Shown: positions 10,765 to 21,205 of the stretch, in pieces
Position numbering within the stretch: position 1 is the stretch's first letter
Layout of the letters: each line of letters opens with the position of its first letter
Assembly (NCBI GenBank): GCA_018661705.1
Contig: JABJHR010000003.1
Span: forward strand, 601 to 64,600
Direction: 5' to 3'
Origin: Candidatus Woesearchaeota archaeon
GTDB taxonomy: Archaea; Nanobdellota; Nanobdellia; Woesearchaeales; DSVV01
Length of the DNA: 64,000 bases
Program-made: the position numbers and the translations under genes
Notes under the pieces: model-generated
The model's input: the letters and a program-made list of their open reading frames with translations, nothing else
Told to the model about the DNA's origin: nothing
Databases searched by the model: none

Positions 10765-12543
10765 ATGTATGCTATATACAAAAGCAAAGGAAAAGATGAT
10801 TTAGAATTAGTTCTTAAAGATGTTATGGAAAAGAATGTTAGGGCAAAATTAATCCCCTTTGAAGAATTTAGTGCAATAGTTACAAACCCAACACAAAGTG
10901 TTGATGCAATCCTATATCATGTTATAAAAGAAAGAATGATCCAAGAAACAGGATTGCCAAGAGAAGAACTATCTTATTTAACAGGTTATAGGGGAATATT
11001 AAAAGATCCTGAGTTTAAAGATAGAATACACTTAGCCCCTGTTAATTTTATGTTTGATCAGTTTACAAAACTAAATGCAGATAAAAATAATGTTGTAGAT
11101 GGAAATTCTCTTCGTAAAGAAAGGATATTAGGAGAAAAATTAATGATTAGACATATAGAAAGGGCATGTACATTAGAATATTTAAAAGCATTAAGATTAC
11201 ATTTTAGAGACGATAATGAAACCATTAGTCAATTATTAGAAGATGATTGGCACACTACAAGAGGTGCTTGGAATGTTTCTGGAGAAGCAAAAAGTGATGA
11301 AATAATTATATCTGATTTTTTAAACTTAGATAGTTATACAAAAAGCACAAGAAGAAAATCAATTTTATCAACGCCAGGATTTAGTGGTGACGAATATGAA
11401 AGAGCAAGTGAAGGATTAAAATTTGTCTACACATTAAATACAATAACGCATCGAGATTCAGGATGGTTAAGAAAACTTGGAGAACTTTTAAATCCATTTA
11501 TAAGAACAAGACGAGAATCCAGAGAATTACTTATGGACCTAGATAAAGGTGCATCATATAAAAAAGAGATTACCACCTTATCTCAACAAAGAGAACATGA
11601 AGCACTAAGAAGAGTAGAAGAAGCAGAAACACATTTAGAAGAACAAAAAAGATTAACAGAAATTGCAGAAGATGCAAGGGACAATGCTGAAAATGCAAGA
11701 GACCACGCCCTAGTAGCTCAAAGAAATGCTGAACAAGCAAAAACTGAACTTGAAAGAATCTATAAAAGATTTTCACATGATGTTGGAAACACCTTAAATA
11801 TGTTAGCACAACAAGCACATTCTTTGTATAATAATGCAAAAAAAGCAGAAGGTCTTGATGATATTGTAGCATTTAGGACATTTCATCAGAGACATTTATT
11901 GGCATTAAAATCTCAAAGTGAATTAAGTAAAATTAATCATGGAATTGCAGAGGCTAGTCTTTTATTCTTAGATAAAAAATATGAAAAAATTAGAACCAAA
12001 TCACAAATGTTAGATCTAGAAGAATTATTTTCTAATTTTTTACCAACAACAGCGGGCATATATAATGGACTTTTAACCAATTACGAAGAAGATAAAAATT
12101 ATGATTCAAAAAAATTATTAATTACTGAAGTGAAATTTGAACCTGGAGATTATAAAACGTTTTTACATCAATCATTATTTTACAGTTTTGCGTTTAATTT
12201 ATTTAAAAACGCATATGATGCAACAACAGATAACAATAACGAAAGAAATATTGCAGTTTATGGAAGAGACTTAGGTGATTCAATTGAACTAAGATTTAAA
12301 GATAATGGTTGTGGCATGGATGAAGAAACAAAAAGAATATTGATGACGCCGGATCAAAAAGTAGTATCAAATGAAGGAACAGGCCTTGGTTTTTTTACAA
12401 TTCGACAATTCATAGAATTATACAAAGGAACATATGAAATATTAACACAACAAGGAACTGATTCATACACAGAATTAGTTGTTACATTACCAAAAGAGCA
12501 AGTAAAAGTTCAAACAAGAAAAAGAAGAAGAACTATTGGATAG
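10765..12543 (+). CDS. Cytoplasmic sensor histidine kinase
   Basis: H-box FSHDVGN, N-box NLFKNAYDA, G1 DNGCGM, G2 GTGLG, coiled-coil linker. The true start may be ATC at 10678. Confidence 0.9.
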   Translation: MYAIYKSKGKDDLELVLKDVMEKNVRAKLIPFEEFSAIVTNPTQSVDAILYHVIKERMIQETGLPREELSYLTGYRGILKDPEFKDRIHLAPVNFMFDQFTKLNADKNNVVDGNSLRKERILGEKLMIRHIERACTLEYLKALRLHFRDDNETISQLLEDDWHTTRGAWNVSGEAKSDEIIISDFLNLDSYTKSTRRKSILSTPGFSGDEYERASEGLKFVYTLNTITHRDSGWLRKLGELLNPFIRTRRESRELLMDLDKGASYKKEITTLSQQREHEALRRVEEAETHLEEQKRLTEIAEDARDNAENARDHALVAQRNAEQAKTELERIYKRFSHDVGNTLNMLAQQAHSLYNNAKKAEGLDDIVAFRTFHQRHLLALKSQSELSKINHGIAEASLLFLDKKYEKIRTKSQMLDLEELFSNFLPTTAGIYNGLLTNYEEDKNYDSKKLLITEVKFEPGDYKTFLHQSLFYSFAFNLFKNAYDATTDNNNERNIAVYGRDLGDSIELRFKDNGCGMDEETKRILMTPDQKVVSNEGTGLGFFTIRQFIELYKGTYEILTQQGTDSYTELVVTLPKEQVKVQTRKRRRTIG

Positions 12544-12559
12544 TTTGGAGGGCAATAAA

Positions 12560-13828
12560 ATGGTTGGAATAAATGATGATGAATTACAAGCAAGATTAAG
12601 AACAAATCCAGAACCTGGGAGGGGCACTAGACATATTATTGAGGATTATCAACTTGAAGAAATTGAAACAGAATTAGGAACAAAGCAAGCTGAACAAGAA
12701 TCAAAAGTAGAACATGAAAAAGGCACATTTTTAGTTGTTGATGATAGCATTTTAGTATGTAGAACAATTACAGATGCATTAAAAAATTGCGGTTATCATG
12801 CAGAATTTGTTCAAATTGATAGTGGTAAGGCAGATGGACTTAGTCAAGTAGGAAACAGATTAAGACGTGGCACAGAACAAGGAGAATTTTTTGATACAAT
12901 CTTAATGGATGTTGACATGCCAAGTCCAAACAATGGACCAAGCATTGTTATGTCCTTAGATAAAATAATGCACAGTGGTGATTTGCCTTATGCAAACATG
13001 AATTTCTTTACTGGACAAGAAGATGTTGAACCAATTGAAGACATGTTAAGGGGTTATACACTTAATGAACCATGCGGATTTTATTTAAAATCAGAATTAA
13101 GTAATATTAAAGAGATTGAAGGGGAATTAGATGGCCTTGTAAGAACCGGTAGAAGAACAAGAAAACGTGTTTATGAAAGAGTAAGTACTGAAAACACAAG
13201 GGATTTATTGTATATGTTAGGAAGAACACTAGTGGGAAAAATCGTAAGAATAAAGCCAGTTAGAGATAATACAGAAGCTAATGAATTAGTAAGGGGATTT
13301 TATCAATCACTAGAAGCCGCATATAGTGGTTCTAATCTAAAAACTTATCCTGTAAATAGATTAGTCCAGGATTTAGAAAGAAATGCTTATGTAAGAGTAG
13401 ACATAACATCAAGAACAAATGAAGTTGTAAATTGCGATGTGAATTCCACTGAAATTGATAAAAGTGCAAAATTAAATCCTTTTATTAAAAGATTACCAGA
13501 CGTTATTGGAAATATTGGACAACAAGCTGCCGCATACACGCAAAAAGAATCTGATTATGAAGTGAGATTAATCGGAGACACCGCAAGAAATTCAATAAGA
13601 ATTACATTTAGTGGGACGCTAGCAGAAGGTAGAGATTACAGAGAAACAGCAAAAGAATTATTACAAAAAGTTGAGAAAGACATTGCATTTTTAAAATATA
13701 TTGGCGCAAGCATTAGTCCAACACCAGAAATGTTAGATGAAAGGACAGGAGAAACAGAGAAGTATAAAATTCCAGCAACACAAAATTTTAGATTTACAAT
13801 GTTGCTTAAAAATGCCTACACCAAATAA
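12560..13828 (+). CDS. Response regulator receiver protein with unrecognised output domain
   Basis: LVVDDS, ILMDVDMP, FFTG, FYLK; directly follows the kinase; GGAGGG RBS. Confidence 0.82.
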   Translation: MVGINDDELQARLRTNPEPGRGTRHIIEDYQLEEIETELGTKQAEQESKVEHEKGTFLVVDDSILVCRTITDALKNCGYHAEFVQIDSGKADGLSQVGNRLRRGTEQGEFFDTILMDVDMPSPNNGPSIVMSLDKIMHSGDLPYANMNFFTGQEDVEPIEDMLRGYTLNEPCGFYLKSELSNIKEIEGELDGLVRTGRRTRKRVYERVSTENTRDLLYMLGRTLVGKIVRIKPVRDNTEANELVRGFYQSLEAAYSGSNLKTYPVNRLVQDLERNAYVRVDITSRTNEVVNCDVNSTEIDKSAKLNPFIKRLPDVIGNIGQQAAAYTQKESDYEVRLIGDTARNSIRITFSGTLAEGRDYRETAKELLQKVEKDIAFLKYIGASISPTPEMLDERTGETEKYKIPATQNFRFTMLLKNAYTK

Positions 13829-13916
13829 TTAATTTTTTTCTTTTTTAATTTTATTTTTAAAGATATAAATACCAATATAAGAATCAATAATAACAGAAAA
13901 ATCAATAAAAATTAAA

Positions 13917-14291
13917 TCAGATTAATTCCCTACTATGTAACACATATCCAATATACATTCCCACAATAAAGAATATTAAGATATATTTTGTTTCTCCATG
14001 AAAACTTCCAAAAACAAAACCCACTAAATAAGCAATAGTTATCAAAACAAAAGGAATTTGAAAGTGGTATTTCCTTAAAAGCCAACCCCTACCAATAATA
14101 ATTCCAGACAGAAGAATAATCATGTAAGTAACAACCGCACTTCCAGACCATAAAGCAACAATAAAACCAATTATTAAAATAAATATGAAAGAATACTCTA
14201 CCCAAAATCTAGTAAGATTAAAAAAACCAGCTTTTTTGTTTTTCAATATTTCTATCATATTTTCACCAGCACATAATAATTCAATAAACAT
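13917..14291 (-). CDS. Small polytopic membrane protein
   Basis: About four hydrophobic helices. Confidence 0.7.
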   Translation of the reverse strand: MFIELLCAGENMIEILKNKKAGFFNLTRFWVEYSFIFILIIGFIVALWSGSAVVTYMIILLSGIIIGRGWLLRKYHFQIPFVLITIAYLVGFVFGSFHGETKYILIFFIVGMYIGYVLHSRELI

Positions 14292-14294
14292 GCA

Positions 14295-15035
14295 TTAATC
14301 TGCAAGGTTCCACGCCCCTCTTTCAAACAACACATAGTAAACTAACCAAACAACTAATCCAATTAATGCGGCAAATATTAAGGAATAAAACTTAAATTGG
14401 AAAAGGAAGATATAACCTATTAAAAAGAAGAGTATGATAATAAACCAATTTCTGTTTGCAAAAAACATATGTGTCCCATCATGCCTTGGGAAAGGCAGCA
14501 TTGCAAAAATAGCAAAGTACAAACAAATGAAAGTAACATGATTAAAAAAAGCAGATGCAACATTAAACAAAGCTAATGTCTTAAAAAAGGTTGCAACTAA
14601 AAGCAATGCTAAAGGGCCTGCAGCAGCTATAAAACCAGTTGTAAAATAATTTAATCCATACCTAAAATGCCCTAGTCTTAAAACTACCATGTGATGAAAT
14701 ATAATTCCTCCTGGTAAAACAACATATAATTTTCCTCCAGAAAGAATGGCAACAATTACACCGATTAACAAACCATTAGACCATTTTTTATATTCACAAG
14801 TAAAATTCATAAATAATGATGCGGCTTTATGAACAAAATCATAAACAAAAATAACACCACTCATAATCAAAATATGTTTTAAATAATTAAATAACCAATA
14901 ACTCAATGTAAAAGTTGGTTGTTTATCATTATACGCAAAAATGAAAGCTATAACTAATACAGTTATAACAAGATCTTGCACCTCTGCTTTTTTCCACCTA
15001 AGATGACGCCTTAATTTCATTAAATATTGGCCCAT
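14295..15035 (-). CDS. Site-2 protease (M50)-like membrane protein with degenerate active site
   Basis: AAAGP and MLPFPRHDG motifs present; HExxH position reads YDFVH. Confidence 0.65.
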   Translation of the reverse strand: MGQYLMKLRRHLRWKKAEVQDLVITVLVIAFIFAYNDKQPTFTLSYWLFNYLKHILIMSGVIFVYDFVHKAASLFMNFTCEYKKWSNGLLIGVIVAILSGGKLYVVLPGGIIFHHMVVLRLGHFRYGLNYFTTGFIAAAGPLALLLVATFFKTLALFNVASAFFNHVTFICLYFAIFAMLPFPRHDGTHMFFANRNWFIIILFFLIGYIFLFQFKFYSLIFAALIGLVVWLVYYVLFERGAWNLAD

Positions 15036-15220
15036 ATATCTATCTATTATATTAAGTATTTTTAAATATTGTGATATTTTATAGATATATTCTCTTTTTT
15101 ATAATAATATAGTAATAAGATAGTAAGGATATAATAAGAGTATACCATGAAAAAACAAAATTTAGTGAAAAAAATAGCATTCGCAATTGTTGAAGAATAT
15201 TTTACTTTATTTTCTATTAT

Positions 15221-15314
15221 AAAAAACAACATGGCCAGATGATCCGAATAAAATGAGGCGAATAGGATATTTTCTGCAGGAAAAAGTCCGTCTATGCCAT
15301 GAATGTTGTTTTTT
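15221..15314 (+). ncRNA. Candidate small structured RNA (three-way junction)
   Basis: AAAAAACAACAU/AUGUUGUUUUUU closing stem, plus AGAUG/CGUCU and GGAU/GUCC helices; G-U pairs favour the + strand. Confidence 0.35.
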
Positions 15315-15364
15315 GTTCATTCATTATTTCTTAATAATACAACATATCAAATCAAAAACAAAAA

Positions 15365-16582
15365 TCATAAAGAATAATAATCTTGCAATACAATTTTATC
15401 AATTTCTTTAACATCTTTTACAACATATAATTTACCATTACCGGTTTCAGCTAATTTTTTTGCTAAAATCTTTCCTGGCTTATCAAGATTAATTCCAACT
15501 ACAGAAATAGTAATGCCATTCGCAGCAGCAATGTTAGCAGCATCCAAAGTTTCTTGTTGAGGATCTTTTCCAACTGTTGGCAAAGCATCTGTTAATATTA
15601 AAAGATGTTTTGTAACATCTTCTGCAGGAAACATATTAATTGCACGTTTAATTGTAACTCCAAAATCTGTTTCAGAGGTTGCTTTAATCACTGAAATTTC
15701 TTTAAGTAACATTAAAAAGTCATCTGTCGGCATTATTTCTTGTTTTATTTCTTTTCCAAACACCATTAATCCTACTTTGTCTTTTTCTTCAATTGCTTTA
15801 AACGCTAGAGAGATTCCTGCTTTTTTACACATGACTAGTTTCTCTCCTTTCATACTTCCACTACTATCCAAAGCATAAACAACATACACCTTTCCTTTAG
15901 CTTGTCTTTCAAAACTTTTTAGATCATTTATCTTTAAACTAGAATGGCCTCTTCTAATTGCAGTCTTAATTGATCTTTTCAATGCAACATCCCTATATCT
16001 ATCAGATTTTCTAAAAATTTTAGTATTTGTCTTACTACCATAAATATGATTCTTTTTATGAAACCTTTCTCCAAGAACACCTTTTGGGGTTAAATTATCA
16101 ATTTCTTCTGTGTATAAAATCAGACCAGCTAACTGAATTCCTTCGTCAGTGATTGTATTATTTTTATCAATAATTCCTTCTGCTTTAAGATCTCTTAATT
16201 GAGATTCCATTTTTCCTGCTAATTCTCTTTGAAACTCAGGAATTTTAATATTTTTTTCAATATATCTTGGATCATATCCACTAAAATATTTTATCAAAGA
16301 TTCACCATAAATATTTTTAGCTAATTTATAATTATCAACAAACTTTTCCATCATTAAATCTGGTGCAAAAGAAGTTATACCTTGGGTTAATGCACCCATA
16401 ATTAGTTTTCCATTATCAATAGTTTTTTTATCATTTTCCATGATAGAATTCATTAACTGGCTACCCTTACCTGGTTTTCCTTTTTGTTCAAAAGATGGCT
16501 CGGTTTTCTTAACCTTTGCCTTTTTACCTTTTTTTAATTTATCTACAGATTTATCACCCTGACACCTCGCCTTTCTTCTCAC
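15365..16582 (-). CDS. VWA-domain protein (ChlD-like partner of the AAA+ ATPase)
   Basis: MIDAS DSSGS, LTDALP. Start uncertain. Confidence 0.88.
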   Translation of the reverse strand: MRRKARCQGDKSVDKLKKGKKAKVKKTEPSFEQKGKPGKGSQLMNSIMENDKKTIDNGKLIMGALTQGITSFAPDLMMEKFVDNYKLAKNIYGESLIKYFSGYDPRYIEKNIKIPEFQRELAGKMESQLRDLKAEGIIDKNNTITDEGIQLAGLILYTEEIDNLTPKGVLGERFHKKNHIYGSKTNTKIFRKSDRYRDVALKRSIKTAIRRGHSSLKINDLKSFERQAKGKVYVVYALDSSGSMKGEKLVMCKKAGISLAFKAIEEKDKVGLMVFGKEIKQEIMPTDDFLMLLKEISVIKATSETDFGVTIKRAINMFPAEDVTKHLLILTDALPTVGKDPQQETLDAANIAAANGITISVVGINLDKPGKILAKKLAETGNGKLYVVKDVKEIDKIVLQDYYSL

Positions 16583-17597
16583 TATTGGAAGAAAAGCCAG
16601 GGTTTTTGTCTAAAAATTTTTCAAATTCATCTTTAACAAATTTAACAGGATCTTGAAGATATTTCACAGAAGGTTTTAATTTTATCCTGTGTGCAATTAC
16701 TGATTCCATTACAGCTTTTATATCATCAAATTTAACTTCATTACTTCCATTTAATTTTGCATTTGCTTGCGCTCTTTCGTATAAACCTAGGGTAGCCCTT
16801 ACACTTGGTTTTTGTTCAAGATTTTCATTCTGTCTTAATTCTTGAATAAATGCAACACAGTAATGCAAAAGATCTTCTGGAAATGTAATTCCTAAATCAA
16901 GACCTTTTGATATTGCAATCTTTTTTTCTATTTCAAGATTTTCAGGGTAACCCATGTAAACTAAATCAAATCTATCTAATAAAACATCATTTAATTTTTC
17001 AGTTGAACTATCATGCGGATTCATTGTTGCAATCAACACAAAATCAGCTGTTAAATCAACATCATAACTCCCAATAGTTGCTTTTTTCTCCTCAAGAACT
17101 TGTAATAATGCGTTTTGTAATTTTTCAGGACACCTATTTAATTCGTCAAAGAACAAAACACCATTATTTGCCTTAAAGATCTTACCAGGGGTAAATGCTT
17201 CTAATGATAATGGACCAAATTTCATTGCTTTAATTGGGTCAATATCACCAATTAAATCTTCAGCTGTTAAATCTGGGCTTCCTTGCAGTCTTACAAAACG
17301 TTGTATTCCTGAAATTTTAATTTGTTTTACTTTTTTTCCTAAACGACAAGTAGGACATAAAGGTTCAGATGGCAAACAATTATAACCACAATCATTAACC
17401 TCTATTTCTGGTAACAATTTAGCTACACTTTTTGCTAATGTTGTTTTACCAATACCTGGTGGCCCCACTACTATAATGTGTCTGCCACATAATAAAGCAG
17501 ATTTAAGATGATGTTTGATTTCTTGTTGTCCAAGTATGTCTTGTAAAATGTCTTTCCCCAATAGTTTTAAATCTAGTTTTTTTGATATCATGGCCAT
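16554..17597 (-). CDS. ChlI/MoxR-family AAA+ ATPase
   Basis: GPPGIGKT, FFDELNR, ATMNP, LLDRF. Confidence 0.92.
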   Translation of the reverse strand: MAMISKKLDLKLLGKDILQDILGQQEIKHHLKSALLCGRHIIVVGPPGIGKTTLAKSVAKLLPEIEVNDCGYNCLPSEPLCPTCRLGKKVKQIKISGIQRFVRLQGSPDLTAEDLIGDIDPIKAMKFGPLSLEAFTPGKIFKANNGVLFFDELNRCPEKLQNALLQVLEEKKATIGSYDVDLTADFVLIATMNPHDSSTEKLNDVLLDRFDLVYMGYPENLEIEKKIAISKGLDLGITFPEDLLHYCVAFIQELRQNENLEQKPSVRATLGLYERAQANAKLNGSNEVKFDDIKAVMESVIAHRIKLKPSVKYLQDPVKFVKDEFEKFLDKNPGFSSNSEKKGEVSG

Positions 17598-17678
17598 TAA
17601 AAAAACCACATGGCCTTTATAAAGATTCTCCTTGAAATTAACCAGAAATTATATAAATTAATTAACCTTAACAAACGC

Positions 17679-18860
17679 ATGGAACTTTCACCAGAGCAAC
17701 AAAAGGCATTAGAGGCACAAAAAGAACAATGTCCATTCTGTAAGATAATTAAAGGAGACATCCCTAGCCAAAAAGTCTATGAGGACGATTTAATTACTGC
17801 TGTTTTAGATATTAACCCTGCAAATAAAGGTCATTTGTTAGTAATGCCCAAAGAACATTATCCGATAATGCCACTAATCCCACCAAAAACATTTGAACAT
17901 TTAGCCATTAAAACAAAACAATTAAGCAAATCTGTAAAAGAAGGTGCATTAGTGTTTGGAACAAACATATTTATTGCAAATGGGGCAGCAGCAGGTCAAC
18001 AATCACAACATTTTATGTTACATATAATCCCAAGAGAAGAAAATGACGGCATTTCTGCGTTTGATTATGAAAAAATTGATGTAGATAAAGCAAAAGAAGA
18101 CGAAGCATTCAAAATTTTAGGTCATAACTTGCCAAAAATGTTAAGAGATGTATGTAAAAGATTCCCAATGGAGGGGATTCAACAACCAAAAGTAGGTTAT
18201 TCAAAAGAAGAACTTCTAAAAATAATTGAAATGAATCCACAATTAAAAGAGGCAATCATCAAAAGCCCAGAACAATTTAAGCAAATGATACCCTCTAACC
18301 CACAATTAAAACAACTATTTGAAAATATTGATGTTAATGAAATAATTGAAACAGTTAGTGGTAAGAAAATGACAAACGCAATTGACGCTGAGTTTAATGC
18401 TCCTGAAGTTACTGAAACGCCAGAAGGAAATGGTAAATTTGATGCAATCCAACAAGTATTACAAGGAGGAGCACAAGAAGGCATTACAGGAGAAGAAACA
18501 ACAAACAAAGATGAAGAACCAGAAACAATTATAGATACTATTGAACATAATCCAAAATTAAAAACATTACTAATTAATGACCCTGAAACATTAAAACAAA
18601 AGATTCAGGACGTTCCACAATTACAAGAATTATTTGGAGATCAAGATATTGATGCATTAAGAAATGAAATTTTAGAAAGAGAACAAAATAGAAGTGAAGA
18701 AAGTAGTGATGATGATGAAGACCAAAACGATGAAAATCAAGAAAAATCTTCAGATGATGAGGATTATGACGCAGAAGAGGATAGCTCTAATCAAAATAAA
18801 ACAACTAAAATTCCAGAAGAAAATGGTACAAGATCAGATGACATAGCTGATATATTATAA
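17679..18860 (+). CDS. HIT-domain protein with STI1-like repeats and acidic tail
   Basis: CPFC, GHLLVMPKEH, triad reads HFMLH; two NPQLK-type repeats. Confidence 0.82.
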   Translation: MELSPEQQKALEAQKEQCPFCKIIKGDIPSQKVYEDDLITAVLDINPANKGHLLVMPKEHYPIMPLIPPKTFEHLAIKTKQLSKSVKEGALVFGTNIFIANGAAAGQQSQHFMLHIIPREENDGISAFDYEKIDVDKAKEDEAFKILGHNLPKMLRDVCKRFPMEGIQQPKVGYSKEELLKIIEMNPQLKEAIIKSPEQFKQMIPSNPQLKQLFENIDVNEIIETVSGKKMTNAIDAEFNAPEVTETPEGNGKFDAIQQVLQGGAQEGITGEETTNKDEEPETIIDTIEHNPKLKTLLINDPETLKQKIQDVPQLQELFGDQDIDALRNEILEREQNRSEESSDDDEDQNDENQEKSSDDEDYDAEEDSSNQNKTTKIPEENGTRSDDIADIL

Positions 18861-18861
18861 A

Positions 18862-19392
18862 ATGACTGACTGCAAAATTTGTGCAATTATAAATAAAAAA
18901 GTTCCAGCTAAAATTCTTTATGAAGATGGAGCTGTAATGGCAATTTTATCAGATGAACCAACAATATTTGGGCATTTGTTAATTTTTCCAAAACAACATC
19001 ATCAGACATTAGAAGAAATAGATGATAAAGTAACTTCACAATTATTTTATGTTGCTAGTTATGCTGCCACTGCCATCTTTGAAGGTCTTGGCGCAGAAGG
19101 AACCAATATTGTTATTTGTAATGGTAAAGATAGTTCACAAAAATATCCTCATTTAGTTGTAGATGTTCTCCCTAGAAAAACAAACGACGGAATTAATTTT
19201 CAATGGGATCCTAAAAAACTAACACCAGAAGAAATGGAAGAAATGAAAACAAAAATTAAAGATAAAGCAGATGTAATAACACTAGGTAAAGAAGATACAA
19301 AACCAACACAAGCACCCTCAGAAGGAAAAGAAGAAACAATGAATTATGATGAAGATAATTATTTAGTAAGGCATCTGAGAAGAATCCCCTGA
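18862..19392 (+). CDS. HIT-family protein with degenerate triad
   Basis: CKIC, GHLLIFPKQH, triad reads HLVVD. Confidence 0.82.
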   Translation: MTDCKICAIINKKVPAKILYEDGAVMAILSDEPTIFGHLLIFPKQHHQTLEEIDDKVTSQLFYVASYAATAIFEGLGAEGTNIVICNGKDSSQKYPHLVVDVLPRKTNDGINFQWDPKKLTPEEMEEMKTKIKDKADVITLGKEDTKPTQAPSEGKEETMNYDEDNYLVRHLRRIP

Positions 19393-19471
19393 AATTCTAA
19401 TTAAGAATTAACAAATTAACACCAAAATTCTAAACTCTTATTAAAAAAATAAAAGAAGTAAAAAATTTAAT

Positions 19472-20344
19472 TTAAGTACATCTTCCTTCTGAGCAACTAT
19501 TAGGACATTCCATGGTCGTATAACCAACACCACCATTTGAACCACATTTATACTCTTTCAAGGTTTTTCCATTTAAACAAGAATCAGAAACAAGACCTTG
19601 TGCACCAGATCCAGACATACCGCCCTTCACTACTCCTTTAACAGTAGGTTCTTCACCACCATCTGAATCAGTACATTTAACTGTTCGACATTTACCTTCT
19701 ACGCAACCAAAATCGCAAGATGCAATTTTAAAGTTAGCAAAACCATCTTTATCACAATAATGTTCTGTTAATTTTTTTGCTGAGATACATTTATCATTTT
19801 CATCAACTTGTTGTCCTTCTTTTTTTTGACCAGTGGTTGTACCAGTTTCAAAAACATTAAATCCATTATCTGTTTCTCGGCATAAGTCTTCTCCACATTG
19901 TCCCTCAGTACAACCATATTCACATTTTTGAAGATTATATGCTTTTTTGCTACAATCTGAAAACTGATAATACTTTTCTACAAAAATTCTACCGTGTGGA
20001 TCTTTGTTTTTCCCACAACGCTCTGTTCCAGGTAAATATCCGTCATCACAAAAACCTCGGTCTTTAATGTAAATTTCACAACCTTGATTACCTTCAATAA
20101 AACATTGACAATATTTGTCTTGTCGTTCATAAACTGGGGGGGGATATTCTTGTTCTGCTATATCTATACAATCTTGATAAGAACCTAATTGTTCAAAAGA
20201 CACTTCGGCAACAGCATAACCCTGCATTGCAAGTGTTGCTTTTCCAACAAAGGTCGGATTTGAACCAAGGATAGAAAAGACCAAAAGAATTGCAATAATC
20301 CCTACTAAAAATAAGAATATATTTGATATTTTTTGAAGTTTCAT
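19472..20344 (-). CDS. Cys-rich membrane-anchored surface protein
   Basis: N-terminal TM helix, FVGKAT, repeated CxxTDNG/CTDSDGG ... CxxGCxEGxC units. Confidence 0.82.
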   Translation of the reverse strand: MKLQKISNIFLFLVGIIAILLVFSILGSNPTFVGKATLAMQGYAVAEVSFEQLGSYQDCIDIAEQEYPPPVYERQDKYCQCFIEGNQGCEIYIKDRGFCDDGYLPGTERCGKNKDPHGRIFVEKYYQFSDCSKKAYNLQKCEYGCTEGQCGEDLCRETDNGFNVFETGTTTGQKKEGQQVDENDKCISAKKLTEHYCDKDGFANFKIASCDFGCVEGKCRTVKCTDSDGGEEPTVKGVVKGGMSGSGAQGLVSDSCLNGKTLKEYKCGSNGGVGYTTMECPNSCSEGRCT

Positions 20345-20483
20345 AATAATCACCTTTTTTTGTTATTGAAAGTATATGTATAGTTAATTTTTTTAGATAT
20401 ATATAAATATATTGGTTATTTATACAATTAAACACCAAAACACCACAAATAATAAAAACCAGTAGTACGAAACAAGTATTAAT

Positions 20484-21161
20484 ATGAGAGTTTTAGCTGT
20501 AGCAGATATCCATGGAAACCAAAAAGCCATTGAAAAGGTTAAAAAAAAAGCAAAAAAGGTTGATTTAGTAATTATGGGTGGTGACTTTACAATTTTTGGT
20601 AACCATATGGAACAAATAATGCGAAAATTAAATGCCATGAAAAAAAAGACACTTGTTATTACTGGAAATCATGAAACAGAAAGCAAAGTAAGGACCTTGT
20701 GTAAAAAATTCAAAAATTTGTATTTTATGAATAATAAAATTATGAAGATAAACAACATTCTAATTTATGGTTATGATACAAATGGTTTTAGTTTTAGGGA
20801 TCGACCATTTGAAAAAGATAGTAAAAAGTTTGTAAAAGCAATAAAAAAAGAAAGAGCTGTCTTAAAAAAAACAAATAAGAAAAGAAAAGACAAAATCAAA
20901 CTCGCAGATGCAAAATATAAAAAACCAAAGATTCAGATATTAAAGACAATATTTATTAGTCATGCACCAGCTTACAAAACAAAAGCTGACAAAATTATGG
21001 ATGAACATTGTGGCAGTAAATCAGTCAGAGATTTCTGCATAAAGAATAAAATAGATTATTGCTTTTGTGGACATATCCATGAAGGAAGTCATACTGTTGA
21101 CAAAGTTAAAAACACAATCGTTGTTAATTCAGGACCATATGGCATGGTGTTTGAGATATAA
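20484..21161 (+). CDS. Metallophosphoesterase
   Basis: DIHG, GGD, GNHE, SHAP, GHIHE. Confidence 0.92.
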   Translation: MRVLAVADIHGNQKAIEKVKKKAKKVDLVIMGGDFTIFGNHMEQIMRKLNAMKKKTLVITGNHETESKVRTLCKKFKNLYFMNNKIMKINNILIYGYDTNGFSFRDRPFEKDSKKFVKAIKKERAVLKKTNKKRKDKIKLADAKYKKPKIQILKTIFISHAPAYKTKADKIMDEHCGSKSVRDFCIKNKIDYCFCGHIHEGSHTVDKVKNTIVVNSGPYGMVFEI

Positions 21162-21205
21162 TTAGATTCTGATTTTTTATAGAACTTGTTTTTTAAAATT
21201 ATTTT

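Noticed and set aside
15231..15300. Hammerhead ribozyme (CAGAUGA...CGAAU...GUC)
   Set aside because: The core deviates from CUGANGA and GAAA and stem II is weak; kept only as an unassigned structure.
15365..17597. Magnesium chelatase or photosynthesis genes
   Set aside because: No ChlH or other tetrapyrrole genes in the window; AAA+/VWA pairs are widespread.
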